The notes beneath the pieces were generated by a model that was given only the letters and a program-made list of their open reading frames with translations, was not told the DNA's origin and ran no database searches. From Azolla caroliniana (taxonomy: Eukaryota; Plantae; Polypodiophyta), in assembly GCA_043228905.1 (NCBI GenBank), contig JBHGNT010000008.1, forward strand, positions 806,001 through 870,000: a stretch of DNA of 64,000 nucleotides. The letters are read 5' to 3'. Numbering within the stretch: position 1 is the stretch's first letter; the number at the start of each line of letters is the position of its first letter. The position numbers and the translations under genes are program-made. Positions 28,201 through 40,800 of the stretch are shown here, one piece after another.

Positions 28201-29488
28201 ATTAACAGCCCCAATAATCCCCACTCTAAGAGACCGTTGTTTCTCTTCTGGCACCATCCCATCCTCTTCTTCATCAGGCTCATCTAAAGCAGCTTTAATC
28301 AATTCATCGGCCATTGATCTTCTAGCTTTCTCCTTCTCTTTATCTGAAAGCTTATTAAAGGAATCCTTCTCTATCACTCTCAGTACTTCCAGTGGTGTAA
28401 TGACTTGGCCGTCTTCATCTTCTGAATCACTGTATTCTTGTAGAATTTCACTGCGATGGCCACTACATCCATTGCGTTCATCAAAAAGTTCAGAATCTGT
28501 GAAAGACGTACTATCACCTTCACTGCTGCTATCCATATTTTGACATCCTGATTGATCACCCAGCTGAAACTGACCCTTTGAGAAATACCTTACTCTAAAA
28601 CCAAGAACCTGCATTGACACAGAGACACAAAAAATCATTTGCTTTAACGAAATATATTCGGTTGATTATGAAACCTTCTGTTGAGAAAAGGATTAACTCT
28701 AGCCCATATATTGTTTCGCATATCTGGAGATTTGGGACATAATACACACTTATGCTGCAAAGTTTGAGTACAGACACAAAAAGCAGACTTCTTGTCTGTT
28801 GAAAGGATATTTTACATAAACATAATCTAGCCGAGGTCCACAACTACTGTCTTTTTAAACTATCAACAATATACTCAGAGAATCTACCTAAGATACAGTG
28901 TTTTTTGCTTATTTCAAACATTGAAAGCAGACTTATTATTCTTTTCATATGGAATAATATTTTACAAAAACTAAAATGAAAGGAATCTGCGTATCTAGGC
29001 CCATTTTATTCTTCCCGATGGATAGTATACTCAAGGATTCTAATCATTTTCAGTCTCCTTGGGCCATGTCTTGGTAGAAAATGATGTTCTACGTCAACAA
29101 CGTCAATCGGGAAAATAGACTCTATATTTATCTGTATGTTGCGTTGTGCGTTTACAGGATGAGAAAGTGTGCTCCTACCGTATCCTAGTTCAGTAAATGC
29201 ATCAAACAGGCTTTTTTCCTGTCCAAGTGTACATTAGAGGACAACAAAAAAGCAGAAAATGATTTATTCCATGTCTTCAATACTTGATGAGAAAAATGGA
29301 AGTACCTTAGAAAGGAGACATAAAGACACAGAGGAATGGTGGTAGTGAGGATAGAAGACGTTGAATGGAGACTGTGCAGAAAACTCCCTCTGTGCGTAGC
29401 GGCTTCTTGAGGAAACCTTCTGAAACCGGTACGAAGGCGTCGCAAGAACGCGTCCTAAACGACGACGAAGAAGAAGAAGAAGAAGCAT
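25290..29488 (-). CDS. Era-like GTPase (ERG/ERA-type, probably mitochondrial), 9 exons
   Basis: Exons: 29488-29306, 28608-28171, 28005-27916, 27829-27681, 26437-26279, 26201-26135, 25787-25680, 25604-25465, 25383-25290. G1 GIIGAVNAGKSSL, G2 VSRKRNTT, G3 DTPG, G4 NKVD, G5 VSALTG, and KH-like domain HEEIPY...ILVGKGGSTIRDIG. The N-terminus is Arg/Ser-rich, like a presequence. Confidence 0.93.
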
Positions 29489-31005
29489 ACTGAATGAAGC
29501 TATGGCAGGATGGAAGGTGCTTCTCAGTTTTTCTGCACGACGAGGCTCGCTCTAACGAAAGCGTAGATCGATCATAAGTCAAAAATGTAATAATGATAAT
29601 AATAATAGGGCATTTGTCTGAGGGTTCAACTCAGAGGTTTATGGCATTATACATACTGATACATACATACATATGCATGCTTCAATTTGACTGATTTGAT
29701 GACTTCAAAACCACATTTTATCTGATTACAGAGCAAATAGGCACGAAAAAGAATCCATGTTGATGTTCTGTGTTAATGTGTTTGCTAATGAGGTAGTTAA
29801 TTGTTTCCATTCAGTATGTTACGTCTTTGTTTAATCTCTGTTAATAATCACGTTAAGCGTTAGAGCAAGGTTAGCATTAGAGTTCACCCACTGAACTAGC
29901 TAATTCGTTGATGAGCTCAAGGGAGATTGACGCTCTTGTGCACACAATTCACCGTGTCAACGGTGTTGATCCATCCAAACCTCGTTACAACAAATGATGA
30001 GGTTAATATTCTCTTCATTTGTTATGCTATAGGAGACACCTTATTTCTTAGTTCCAATGCTCATTTATATGAAATTAGTCATACCAATTATCGTTGGAGT
30101 TGGTAGAGGTTCAAATAGTATTTCACTCGAGAACCTAAATTTCCAAACATAATTGCAAGCAAACCTTAAAATGTTCTTAAAGGACATGAAAGACTATGCC
30201 ACATGATTGTTGTTTTGCAAGTTTCTCCTTTGAATTCCAAGGGCTAGTGCAACTTTTTTGTTATCCCATTTCAACCATGTGAAGTGTTGGTCTCTTTGCA
30301 TCAAGTTTATATACACTCTCGACTTGTTTCACTGAGTGTAAGAACCTACAGTAAGTAACGAACATGTCTCTTGCTCCTTTTGGGTGCATAGGAGGTCTAT
30401 GACGACAAAAGGCAACATGGCCAATAATCATGGTTGTTATCCCAAAGTTCAAGGATCTCTCTTAGGCAATCTTTCATTTTGTTATTTCATCTTCTTTATT
30501 TCTTAAACCCTATGTAATAGGGTTGATATTTGTGAAAGCTTACTAGTTTGTATTTCCTCAAGGACGGTTATGAATCTTTTAATTGAAAATTTGAAAATTT
30601 TAAGCAAAATTCTACACAAAATTCATTTTTCAACTAAAACAATCTAAGCATCAAAATACAATTTCTTTTAAAGTTGAAATTTACAAGCAATAGAATTTGA
30701 ACCCTCAATTGAAATTTACGGGCAATGCTCGCCCAAAAGCCAAGGACCTAAGGATGACACATGGGTCTAAAGAGGAAGAAAAGGCCGATGGACAAAGCCA
30801 AGGACCTTATCAGAACAAAGCTAGGAGCCTAAGGTCGAAGCCAAAAGGCCTAGGGACAATGGTTATGACTATAAATAATTGAAACATAAGGAAGAAGGAA
30901 AAAGAAATGAAGGGAGGCCAGAAATGAAAATGATCAAAAAACATAATTAAAACTTCCAAGGAAAAGGGAGGAGGAAGATAGGTGGGCATAGAAAAGAGAG
31001 AGAGA

Positions 31006-31385
31006 TGGATGTAGCTCAGTTCGCAAGGTTGCCCAATGGAGACCATGTGGTCATGAGTTCAACCCCTACATTCCATAGTGGCATCTAGTGAAATAGAAAG
31101 AGCATCCAAATTGTTGTAGCTCAATTGGTAAGGTTGTTCAACCCCCATATGAAACTAGTAAAAAACATAGATGGTATAATAAAGAGGTGTGAAAGTCAAG
31201 CCTTAAACCCAAGGCCCTTACAACCTCAGACTAGGGTAAGCTAATTGCAATAAAGAGATGAAGGATGAAACTAGGAAAAAACATAGATGGTATAATAAAG
31301 AGGTGTGAAAGCCAAGCCTTAAACCCAAGGCCCTAACAACCTCGCACTAGGGTAAGCTAATTGCAATAAAGAGACAAAGGATGAG
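31006..31385 (+). repeat. tRNA-derived repeat (SINE-like head) followed by two ~116-bp tandem modules
   Basis: 31006-31075 has A-box-like tagctcagttcg, B-box-like gagttcaacccc and pairing ends tggatgta/tacattcca. A partial second head sits at ~31113-31146. The direct repeat gaaactag...cttaaacccaagg...actagggtaagctaattgcaataaagag occurs at ~31151 and ~31267. Confidence 0.7.
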
Positions 31386-32456
31386 TAGCATGCAATGGGG
31401 AGAAGAAGGGCAATTGTCAAACCCATCTTCCTTGGTGCAAAACCCCAATATTCCCACTCACATTTAACATGCACAGTAATAACTTTGTGGCACCCATCAA
31501 GATGTTTTGTGCCATGCACTGGATCATTGGGCTTCACAATGGTGTTTCAACTTGGTCACTTTTGTGTAATCATCACTCTCCCTACACTTTGGAAATGACT
31601 TGTTTCAACAAATTTTCGTCATCCCTACATTTCAATGACTCGCCAGTTTACCAATTGTTTGAATTTAATGATTGTGATGATTCGTCAATTTTGACAAATC
31701 ATCATTGTCCCTACATCTCAATGATACATCATCCCACAAACTAGGATCCCACAATTCAACAAAAGTCTTAAACAAACGAAAATGGATAGATTGCGGTCCA
31801 AGAAATACAACTAGGATCACATTAAAGGAGAGATAACCTTTGCCAAGCTCTAGCCTCCTCTTACATTATGAGACCTAGTTTACTAAGTAGGAACAAAAGT
31901 CTGAAACATCATACCTAGTCAACGAAGAGACCTCTCATCAATAGGGAGATATAGAGTTACAACATACTACCAAAATCCAATTTGTAGCACGGTTGGTTCC
32001 TCGAGAACCACAACTTGTTGACATGGACAAAGTCACATTATGCTAATCAATTTAGTCATTAGTGGGTATAGTAAATAATACAGTGATAAGAACACACCAA
32101 TATACCACATCAACCACCACATTCTCTAGAGTTGATAATAAATATATGCCATTAGCAAGATGGTACCCAAATACCTAGGGCAAAGGGACACTCACGTCAA
32201 TCACATAGAGACTTTAAATAGTTTCTTTAGGCTTATGAACTTGACGATAATGTTATGGGAGAGGCAACTTTAAAACTTACACTTGATGACCAAGTAGGGA
32301 AACGGTACCTTCCTCAAGTAGCACTATAATATCTCACAATGATGAAAGAAGAATTCCTAAAGAACGTTTCAAAAAAAGGGGTTAAACAAAATGTAGTTCA
32401 TCAAGTTGGGTTGATTAATTTAGGCTCGAACCAAAAGAGATATACAATTAGAGCTA

Positions 32457-32529
32457 TGGACTATTTAGGACTTGAACCTGCGACCATTAGATTAAAAACC
32501 CAATGCTCTACCAACTAAGCTATACACCC
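32457..32529 (-). pseudogene. trnK: Degenerate mitochondrial-type tRNA-Lys(UUU) (trnK), probable NUMT pseudo-tRNA
   Basis: Minus strand reads GGGTGTATAGCTTAGTTGGTAGAGCATTGGGTTTTTAATCTAATGGTCGCAGGTTCAAGTCCT-AAATAGTCCA. D arm, UUU anticodon and T arm are recognisable and resemble the plant mitochondrial trnK as I recall it. The 3' acceptor strand is degenerate. Confidence 0.75.
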
Positions 32530-32599
32530 AAATGTATTGTATTACTATTACTAATTACAAGATAGATTGTGTGTGGTAATTGAACGAACTATTACATGA

Positions 32600-33630
32600 G
32601 ATGGCTGAACGCTAAACATTTCACTCAAAAGGATGCTAGAAACCTTCAATGATTCATTTATGAACATGTTATTATTTAATTTGGGTGTCCACTTGAGGTC
32701 TTAAGTGATTGCATGTGACATTTCATGAATGATGTGGTAGCACACCTTATGGAGGACCTAATGGTTACTTGGTGCAAAAGCATCCCATAGTATTTTTGAG
32801 GTATAATGGCCAAGCTAAAAGCTTGAAGAAGATGTTGTGCAACTTACTTATCACAAAGATTATGTGTCTCAATAAACCTGGCCATAACAACCACATGCAA
32901 CCTTGTGGACATTTCAAGTGTCTTACAATGTTGCCACCAAACACACACCCTTCCATCTCATTGATAGGCAAGAGCTTGTCATGCACGTTGAATTCTGGCA
33001 AGGTAACTCCCTCTCTAGTCTTGTCCATGAAGTTGAAAAACACATGGAGACTTATGCATATTGTCTTTCCAAGAATTGATAAATGCATCGTAAGTCTTGG
33101 AGTTGCAACAAGATCAAGGACAAAGACATGGAGGAAGGTAGTATTTTCCTCATGTTTTCTACCAAAAGATTTATAAAAGACTTTGGAACTCTAATTCTGG
33201 GGTCTCGCCTTGAGTTGGCCACCTCATTTGGAGCCCAACCTTGCACTAGATCTCATACCCATAGTTTTGGATATGCTAATCCATGAGGCCCTAGAAAAGG
33301 ACATTGCACCAATATGTTTGTGTCAATCAACGTCCAAATCCTAGTGTGGTTCCTAAAAGGACTCTCCATCAAGCATGGTGGAATGTATGAGACACCATGT
33401 TTGAAGGCCCACATAAAGGATCATTAACTACATGGTGAATCCAAAAGAACAAATAACGACGATCCAAGGGTGGCACAAAGACAATAAATTAATTTGGCTA
33501 CTCCAAAATGTGGAATTGTATGTAGCTCAAACCAAGCCCACAAACATAGTCCAACTCGAAAAAATATTGTTAAAGTTATACATGCACAATTGATAGGGCA
33601 AGATCTCATGTTGTCTGCGGATTTCCACGT
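32600..33630 (+). mobile_element. Highly decayed LTR-retrotransposon pol (Gypsy-like RNaseH/integrase) remnant
   Basis: Fragmented frames only, located inside a TE cluster. Weak resemblance. Confidence 0.35.
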
Positions 33631-33635
33631 GGATG

Positions 33636-34376
33636 TGTTGAAATGGGGCAGAACCACAAGGGGCTCGGACCAAGGAGCTGGTGAGAGTAGGAAGGTTGTC
33701 TGGATCGGTTCTCGGATGTTGGACGATGAGCACACGGACTCGGAGACGCGTATCGTTCCGGACCAGATGTCAGTTGGCAACGATGAGCTCTTGACCTCAC
33801 TCACTCGGACACATAACACGACAGGAATAGATTAGAGACGAGAACATGGGGAAAACCCAAAACACACAGAGAGACTCAACGAACTAATTATTAACAAAGA
33901 AAAAGGAAAAGATTACAATCGATCGCAATCGGCAAAAGAGCTTCGAGCTCGCTATAAACACACACCCAGACACTAGCGAGCCTCCAAACGGGAGCACACA
34001 GGCTACCAGTGCGAAACAGAGGTCTCACAACCCCCTTGCAACACAACGACAAGGAAAACCGGAAAACAGAGAATAGGAAGGAAGCCTACAGAGTTCAGTC
34101 CGGTAGCACTTTGTTCTCCAAAACATGGATCCCTCAAATAGTCTCAAACCTCCCCTTTTATAGACAAGGGGAAGTCATTACATCATGAGTAAAGACAACA
34201 TCTGTCGTCACAGATTTCCTCCTACTAAACTAATTTTTTATTCCTCTCTTTCATGGGACATTAAAGTACCCATCAAATCCTACTTAGCTAGTACTTATCA
34301 GTCCTATGTTATTTACGTATGTTTGTACATAAGGACATTCTCGTGTGCATCCTTGTAGCCGGATTTCCCCACAACA
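33636..34376 (-). mobile_element. LTR (~740 bp), probably the 3' LTR of a Copia element
   Basis: Inverted termini TGTTG...CAACA and a minus-strand TATA context ccccttgtctataaaaagggg at ~34150-34170. It is preceded on the minus strand by a PPT-like tttagagggtg. No TSD seen. Confidence 0.7.
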
Positions 34377-35600
34377 AAACACCCTCTAAAAAACCAAGGG
34401 TGGTTAGTCACCCATAAACATTGATGAAGTTCATGGTTTGAGTATCACCGTTTTATAAGCTTACGAAAATGTAATACATTTGATCACATTCTAGTTTTCT
34501 TTCCCCACATTGTCAATCTAGACCTATCACTCCACATATTTCTCTCATAGCCACTATATGCATCACAACACAAAAGTTCAGTAGTAAAATTCTTCGACAA
34601 GAAGAGCCAAAAATCCAATCCATGCATACAAAAGCATGTATTTTGCTTCAATCCAATTAAAGTTGAGGGTTATAATCAAATCCATCAAATTACCTATCTC
34701 CATGATGAGATGCTTGTAGAGCTATATTGACATAGATAGATAGAGTACAAAAAAAGTCAACATATTGGAATTTTTATGAATTGTGAGTAAGTTGATGAAA
34801 CATGTAGAAATGGGGAAGGTTTGGATCTCAATGGTTTTATCCATAATTGGAACATTACATTGATGATTATATCAAAGAGACAGAAAAAGAGGGAGATAAG
34901 ATTAGTTCAATTGGTAGGCTAATAAATATACTTGCTTACATTCTTTGGATTGTTCAAAGTCTTTAAAGCCTTGAATCCGTTGGATTTATTGGAGTTCTTG
35001 AAGGAGCACATTGAAGTGTTAAACATCACTCACACGCACGAAGTGATTGTAACACACTTTGTTCATGAAGTGATCACATAAATATGATTAGGTTCAAGAA
35101 CATATCGTACTCAATTCAAATCAATATCCTCATATGTTGATGTCCTCTATATCATCTACACATAAGTAGGCATTTGTACGTCATTTGCATTGGTAAATGT
35201 TTATGACTTTGACATACGTGTAAAGTAAAACTTGGAAAAAGGTTGAAACAATTTCTAAAAGGGTCATAATGGGCACAAGAAGTCTCGTTTTCCACCATTG
35301 ACAATGTTCACTTAACTCCCATCAATGCCAAAGATTAAGTCATGCTAGAATTGGTCTGCCCAATACCACTAAGGTCTCTCTCGAAACAATGCAATAAGCG
35401 TCTTCTCCAATCAACACGTGCACCATGGGAAGTTATTGTAGTGAAGTTGTACAATCCGAGAGAGTTGAAAGACATCGATTGGCCTTATCCAACAATGGTC
35501 ATCCTCTCCCGTTGTTGAGTTAGTGGGCCTCCACATAAGATGGAACTATTGAGTCCCTTCTACGATTCATATATAAAATTCGCTGGTGTAAAATTTTATA
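34377..35600 (-). mobile_element. Degenerate Copia-like internal sequence adjoining the LTR
   Basis: Minus-strand remnants at ~34620-34660 resemble the RNaseH end (I-E-A-K-Y). Many stops and frameshifts. Confidence 0.45.
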
Positions 35601-36037
35601 ACTAATGGTTAGAGTTTTGTTTTTTGGGAAAAAGAAGAAAAAGGGTCATAATGCTTTTGAAGGGGTATCCAATGTGCAATGTAAAAGAGGGTGGTACCAA
35701 TTCCAAGGCAATTATCTGTCACCCAACATTCACAATGCTAGATAAAAGGTCCAAAGCCGTGTCCTTTTTACTCAGTGCCATAAATAATATGTATCGATCA
35801 CATACATAGACCTAAGAAAAGAACGAAATGATTCTTTGACTAGAGAGTCTTAAAAATGGACATATAATCTCAAAGAAATAACCTTGCCCCTTGAACACAT
35901 TACCAATCCCTAGAGAGCCAATGGTTGCTGGTTCACATGTTTAGATACGTTGCCACTCTAACATTATCGAGTAGTACATGGGTGGAATTTATGACCCTTT
36001 TATGCTACAGTGTAAAATACTACTATAGAGGTACCAT

Positions 36038-36101
<64 letters not shown>

Positions 36102-36228
36102 GCTATAGAAGAGACGGATTGTTTAGCATATCTATAGAGTGAAGTTTGAACTATAATTTTTTAATGCATTGAAATTTGAGAGGTGTAGAGAGGCAAGCAA
36201 CAGTACTAAGTATGTATGTAGTAGTATA

Positions 36229-36271
<43 letters not shown>

Positions 36272-36337
36272 ATTCCACGCCTGTTTATAAAAGAAAAAGA
36301 AAGAGCTAAAGGTAAAGGTAAAGGTAAAGGTAAAGGT
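36038..36337. repeat. Microsatellite cluster (TA)n, (TAAA)n, (TAAAGG)n
   Basis: Direct inspection at 36038-36100, 36228-36273 and 36307-36337. Confidence 0.95.
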
Positions 36338-36417
36338 TTCTGGAGATAAGGTGCCTCCTGCAAAAGCTAAATTGGATTGATGGGTCGGTCAGTCTGTCGA
36401 TGATTGGTGGGACGACT

Positions 36418-36445
36418 CACGTGTCTCATAAGAATCCGTCACGTG
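36418..36445. promoter_or_regulatory. Paired G-boxes (CACGTG) in the putative AMP deaminase promoter
   Basis: CACGTG at ~36418 and ~36440. A TATA-like tataaa lies at ~36637, and a likely 5'-UTR intron runs from ~36817 (aag|gtaagg) to ~37796 (gcgcag|). Confidence 0.35.
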
Positions 36446-37863
36446 ACCCATCCCCAGCCACAGTACAAAAGAACAGCGACGTCTTTCTCAGACATAATTT
36501 ATAATAAAGAAAAAAGCTAACATTTTCGACATGTGCGCATATACATAAACAGATCTAATAACTGTTCCTAAAGAAATATAAACGACGTAATTACTTCCGC
36601 CATTAATGTATATCAAATTCTAAATACATATATAGATATAAATCCTTCCCGGTCTGGATCACGAGGCATCATCCCTACTACTATGTATAAATTATAATAA
36701 TAATACCTAATTATATTAAATTAGTAGCTCCTGGTGGCTGAGTCCATCCATCCACACTCATGCCTACTGCATAATTCAGTAATCTGTAAGAGTTGAGATC
36801 GTGAGTAAAGCTAAGGTAAGGTCTTATGTTAATCCCCCCCCCCATCCATCGATCATAGAATAGAAATCTTCATGAGTTCACACAGGATTTCTCATATCCA
36901 TCCATCGAAACATATATGTATATTTTAGTAAGTAGACAGACTGTAGTCTTATAATTGTCATTGAAAAACGGAGCAGCATCGCTAATTAATAAATATTAGA
37001 CGCGGGGTGTTGAAATGAGAGTCTAATTCTACTCCTTTCCTTATAATTAATTAACCGGAAAAGGGGGAACTGTTCAATTATTACGACACAACCTGTTCTT
37101 TAATCCTAATCATGCATATATTGCAAAATTGCAGTAAGTAACATTGTACTATGCTGATGACATTTAAGAATTTTCCTAGACGCTGATCATGGCCGTAATC
37201 ATATATGTATTCTATTCGCCCCTGCCATATTTAACTTGAGCCCACGCCAATTTTATAATCCACTCAGCCAGCAAGTAAGTAAGAAAGAGCAACAAAATTA
37301 GCAGCATTACTTCTAACTACTCTCAGACTGAATATGAATTAAACTGCCCAATTCATGAATTCAGGCTATATCCTATTAAAAACCTCACTCCCAGACTTCC
37401 CACAAAAGAAAATAAGGGATTTTTTATGCCTTCTCTCCGATTTGCCACAATAGAAAATAAGCGCATCCCTGTACCGTTTCCCTGATCAGATCAAACAAAT
37501 TGGATATCATCTCATTAACCGTGTGTGTCTGTTCGTCACCGATATATTATTGTTAGAGAATATAGGTTATTGGAGATAATTAGGCCGTAATGCCAAACAA
37601 AAATAGGATGTCTTGGGATATCTATTGATTCTTTCATGCATATTATTATCAAATTTTAGCTTCTTCTTAAGCCGATGACGATGCACAGGAAGGCAATCAG
37701 ACGTATACTAGTTTCTGTTTGATCTTTACTTGATGGGTTGGTTATTAAAGCAAGTGATTAACGTCAGTCAATATGTGGTCCATTTATTTGGCGCAGGGAA
37801 GTCTATTGTTCCAGCAGAATCTGTGATCTTTTTGAATTGGCTTGGAAGCCAATTACAGTGGCC

Positions 37864-40800
37864 ATGGGAACTCCATCAGATGCAGTGAAGAATCAGTGGA
37901 TCTCATTGGCTACAGCAGCTATAGTAAGTGCAAGTGTTGTTGCTGCATCTGCGTTTCTGCTCCACAAGAGATTCGTGGACAGCCTCAACCTGGATGATGG
38001 TTCATACCCTCGCCGTCCCACACGAAAGGAACTGGATAGCAAAGGAAGAAGGAAGACTCTGAAGAGTGCGGTTAGAAGCCCATCCTCATCTTTATCAGAG
38101 AATGTAACCCCTGATAATTATGAAGCAGATCAATCCAAGCCAGCTCGAAGTAATGGCAAGTTCGATTCGGACATAACCTCCATTCCCTCAGGACTCCGAA
38201 GGGTTCAGACACAGAGAGAAGGTTTGATGGAATCATTATGCTTAGTTATGGATGGATAAGGTTTTTAAGCATTCATAGTTGAGCCAATATGTATAATAGA
38301 TAGAATCAACCACATTTTCAGGTGCCAAAAGCCACTTAAATCCAACAATGAGAACGATGTCTTTGACAAATTTTGCTACAAGGGCGAGTACTACTCCCAA
38401 ATCACCTGCTGGTGGAGGAGGCTATGACAGCGGGGAGGATTCTGACGGTGAGGATCAGGGGACAAGTGACAATGAAGAGCAAGAATTTGAGTTTAAAGAT
38501 GTGGGGAATGGCCTTCATGCACAAGGAAAGGACGATGATGATGCAACAACTGGTTCAAGGAAGGTGATGATGGATGGATGATACATGTTTTCTTCATATT
38601 CTGATTAGGTTAAAATTTTTAGGGTTCTGACAGGCATGATATGTATGTATGTATGTATGATATGCCACTTCTTTTGAACACAGGAAGATGGTGGAGCTGT
38701 AAGAACTACCTTGTCTTCAGCTGCTCCTACTGAACTTCTTGCCAATGGAGTCGGCGGGGGAGAGAAGATAACCAACATAACTAGGTCACTCAGCATTGCT
38801 GCGGACATCCTCAGGAAAGAACCGGAACAAGAAACCTTTGTTCGAATAGACATGACACCAATTGGTACATACATAATCAGAATCTCGTGACCATGATGAC
38901 TTTATGTGCCTGGTTTCTGGTTTAGGGTTTCTGGTTTAGGGTTTAGGGTTTAGGGCTTATGGTAGTTCTTTTTGTTGTGGTTCTTTTACCCAGACGGTCC
39001 ATCCGAAGAGGAGGAAGAGGTGTGTATAATGCTCCAGGATTGTTTGGATCTTCGCAAGAAGTATGTATTCAGGGATCGAGTAGCGCCTTGGGATACTAGT
39101 GATCACAGACAGCAGGAACAGCAGGAGGAGAACGGGAACGTTAATAGCCCCAAACCAAACCAATATCCTTTCCGATACAAGGCAGAACCGGCATCAAAGG
39201 TATTCCATTTCTCCTTCTCCTTCAACTGTTTAAGTAAGTAAAGCTTCCATGTTTGGTTCCGTTTGTTACTTACTGACTCACTCACTGACTGGCCGGGCTC
39301 AGCATGCTTTCCGGATGGTAGACGGGGTCGTTCAGGTGTTCGCTGATGAGGAAGGTACTTCCAAATTTCCTGTTATCACGATGATTTGATGATGAGGAAA
39401 TTAATTTGCAGACTTAATGAACAAGACTCCGTCGAATCTTATAGCCTTATTAGCCTCTAATTTATGCCAACAAAATAACTGAATCTGGACTATGTATCCA
39501 TTACAAAGGTGCAATCAATCGAATCCACGCCCATCATAACACATTTACGAGCACCACTGAATCTGAGTGTTTTTTTTGTTTCACTGTGAATCCTTGTAAA
39601 TTCACTATATTCTCATCTAATGTGTGAGTTTCAACAAATTTTTACTATGTTTATTGCAGCCACGGAGGATCTTTTTCCAGTTCTTGGTGCTACAGAATTC
39701 TTCACAGATATGCATCGCGTATTGAAGATAGTGTCAACTGGAAATGTTCGCACACTGTGTCATAATCGGCTCCGTTTGTTAGAGCAGGTAATGTTTCTTC
39801 CTGGGCTATTAAAGGTAGTTATTTATAATCACACTCTAATATCTGTTTCTTATGTTGAAATGGTGACAGAAATTTAGCCTACATCTTATGTTAAATGCTG
39901 ATCGAGAATTTTTAGCTCAAAAGAGTGCTCCACATAGAGATTTTTACAATGTGCGGAAAGTTGATACCCACGTCCACCATTCGGCATGCATGAATCAAAA
40001 ACACCTTCTACGTTTTATCAAATCGAAGTTAAAGAAAGAGCCAGATGAGGTAAGAATTGGAAGGGACTAGTTGGTCATAATCTAGAAGAGCATTCATTCA
40101 TAAGTTATAACTACAATTTCTTTGTTCAGGTTGTTATCTTTCGCGATGGAAAATACTTGACTCTCAAAGAAGTATTTGTGAGCTTAGATTTGACTGGGTA
40201 AAGCTTTAAGGCTTTGCATTCCATTCCATATGTACATATTAGTGTAATGATAGCAGAGCTTCCCTTTTGGCACGGATAACTGATGATGATCATGGGTTTT
40301 GTTTTTATTTTTTGATGGGAGTGCTATAGGTATGACCTTAATGTGGATCTGCTAGATGTGCATGCTGACAAGAACACATTCCATAGATTTGACAAATTCA
40401 ATCTCAAGTACAACCCATGTGGTCAAAGTAGGCTCCGTGAAATTTTCTTGAAGCAAGAAAATCTGCTCCAAGGTGTGTTTACTGCGCAAAACCTTTCATA
40501 AAGTTACAAATCCTATTCGCTGTAGGATAATTTAGAAGACATAACCTAAATCAAGGGTTGGGAATGCAACACTCACATGTTTAAAAGAGCTTCTGCAAAC
40601 ATAACTCTGAATGACTACATGCTACTACTTATGTTAAACCTATGAATGTGTCAATGGATTGTTAGGATATATCTGAGCGAGAAATATTGCTGTAAAAAAG
40701 ATGTAAATGTAGGAGGCCAGCCTCAAATTCTCGGTTTAACGGTCATCCTTCATTTGAGAGGTTCTCAGTTACCTGGATTCCTTATGCAATTCAATAAACT

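Noticed and set aside
28070-28543. 157-aa + strand ORF and similar antisense ORFs (2138-2907, 12667-12963, 19289-19710, 58224-58583)
   Set aside because: Shadow ORFs opposite real exons, with no independent motifs.
31006-31075. Functional tRNA gene
   Set aside because: The D and anticodon arms do not pair properly, and related degenerate copies occur elsewhere in the window, so it is treated as a repeat head.
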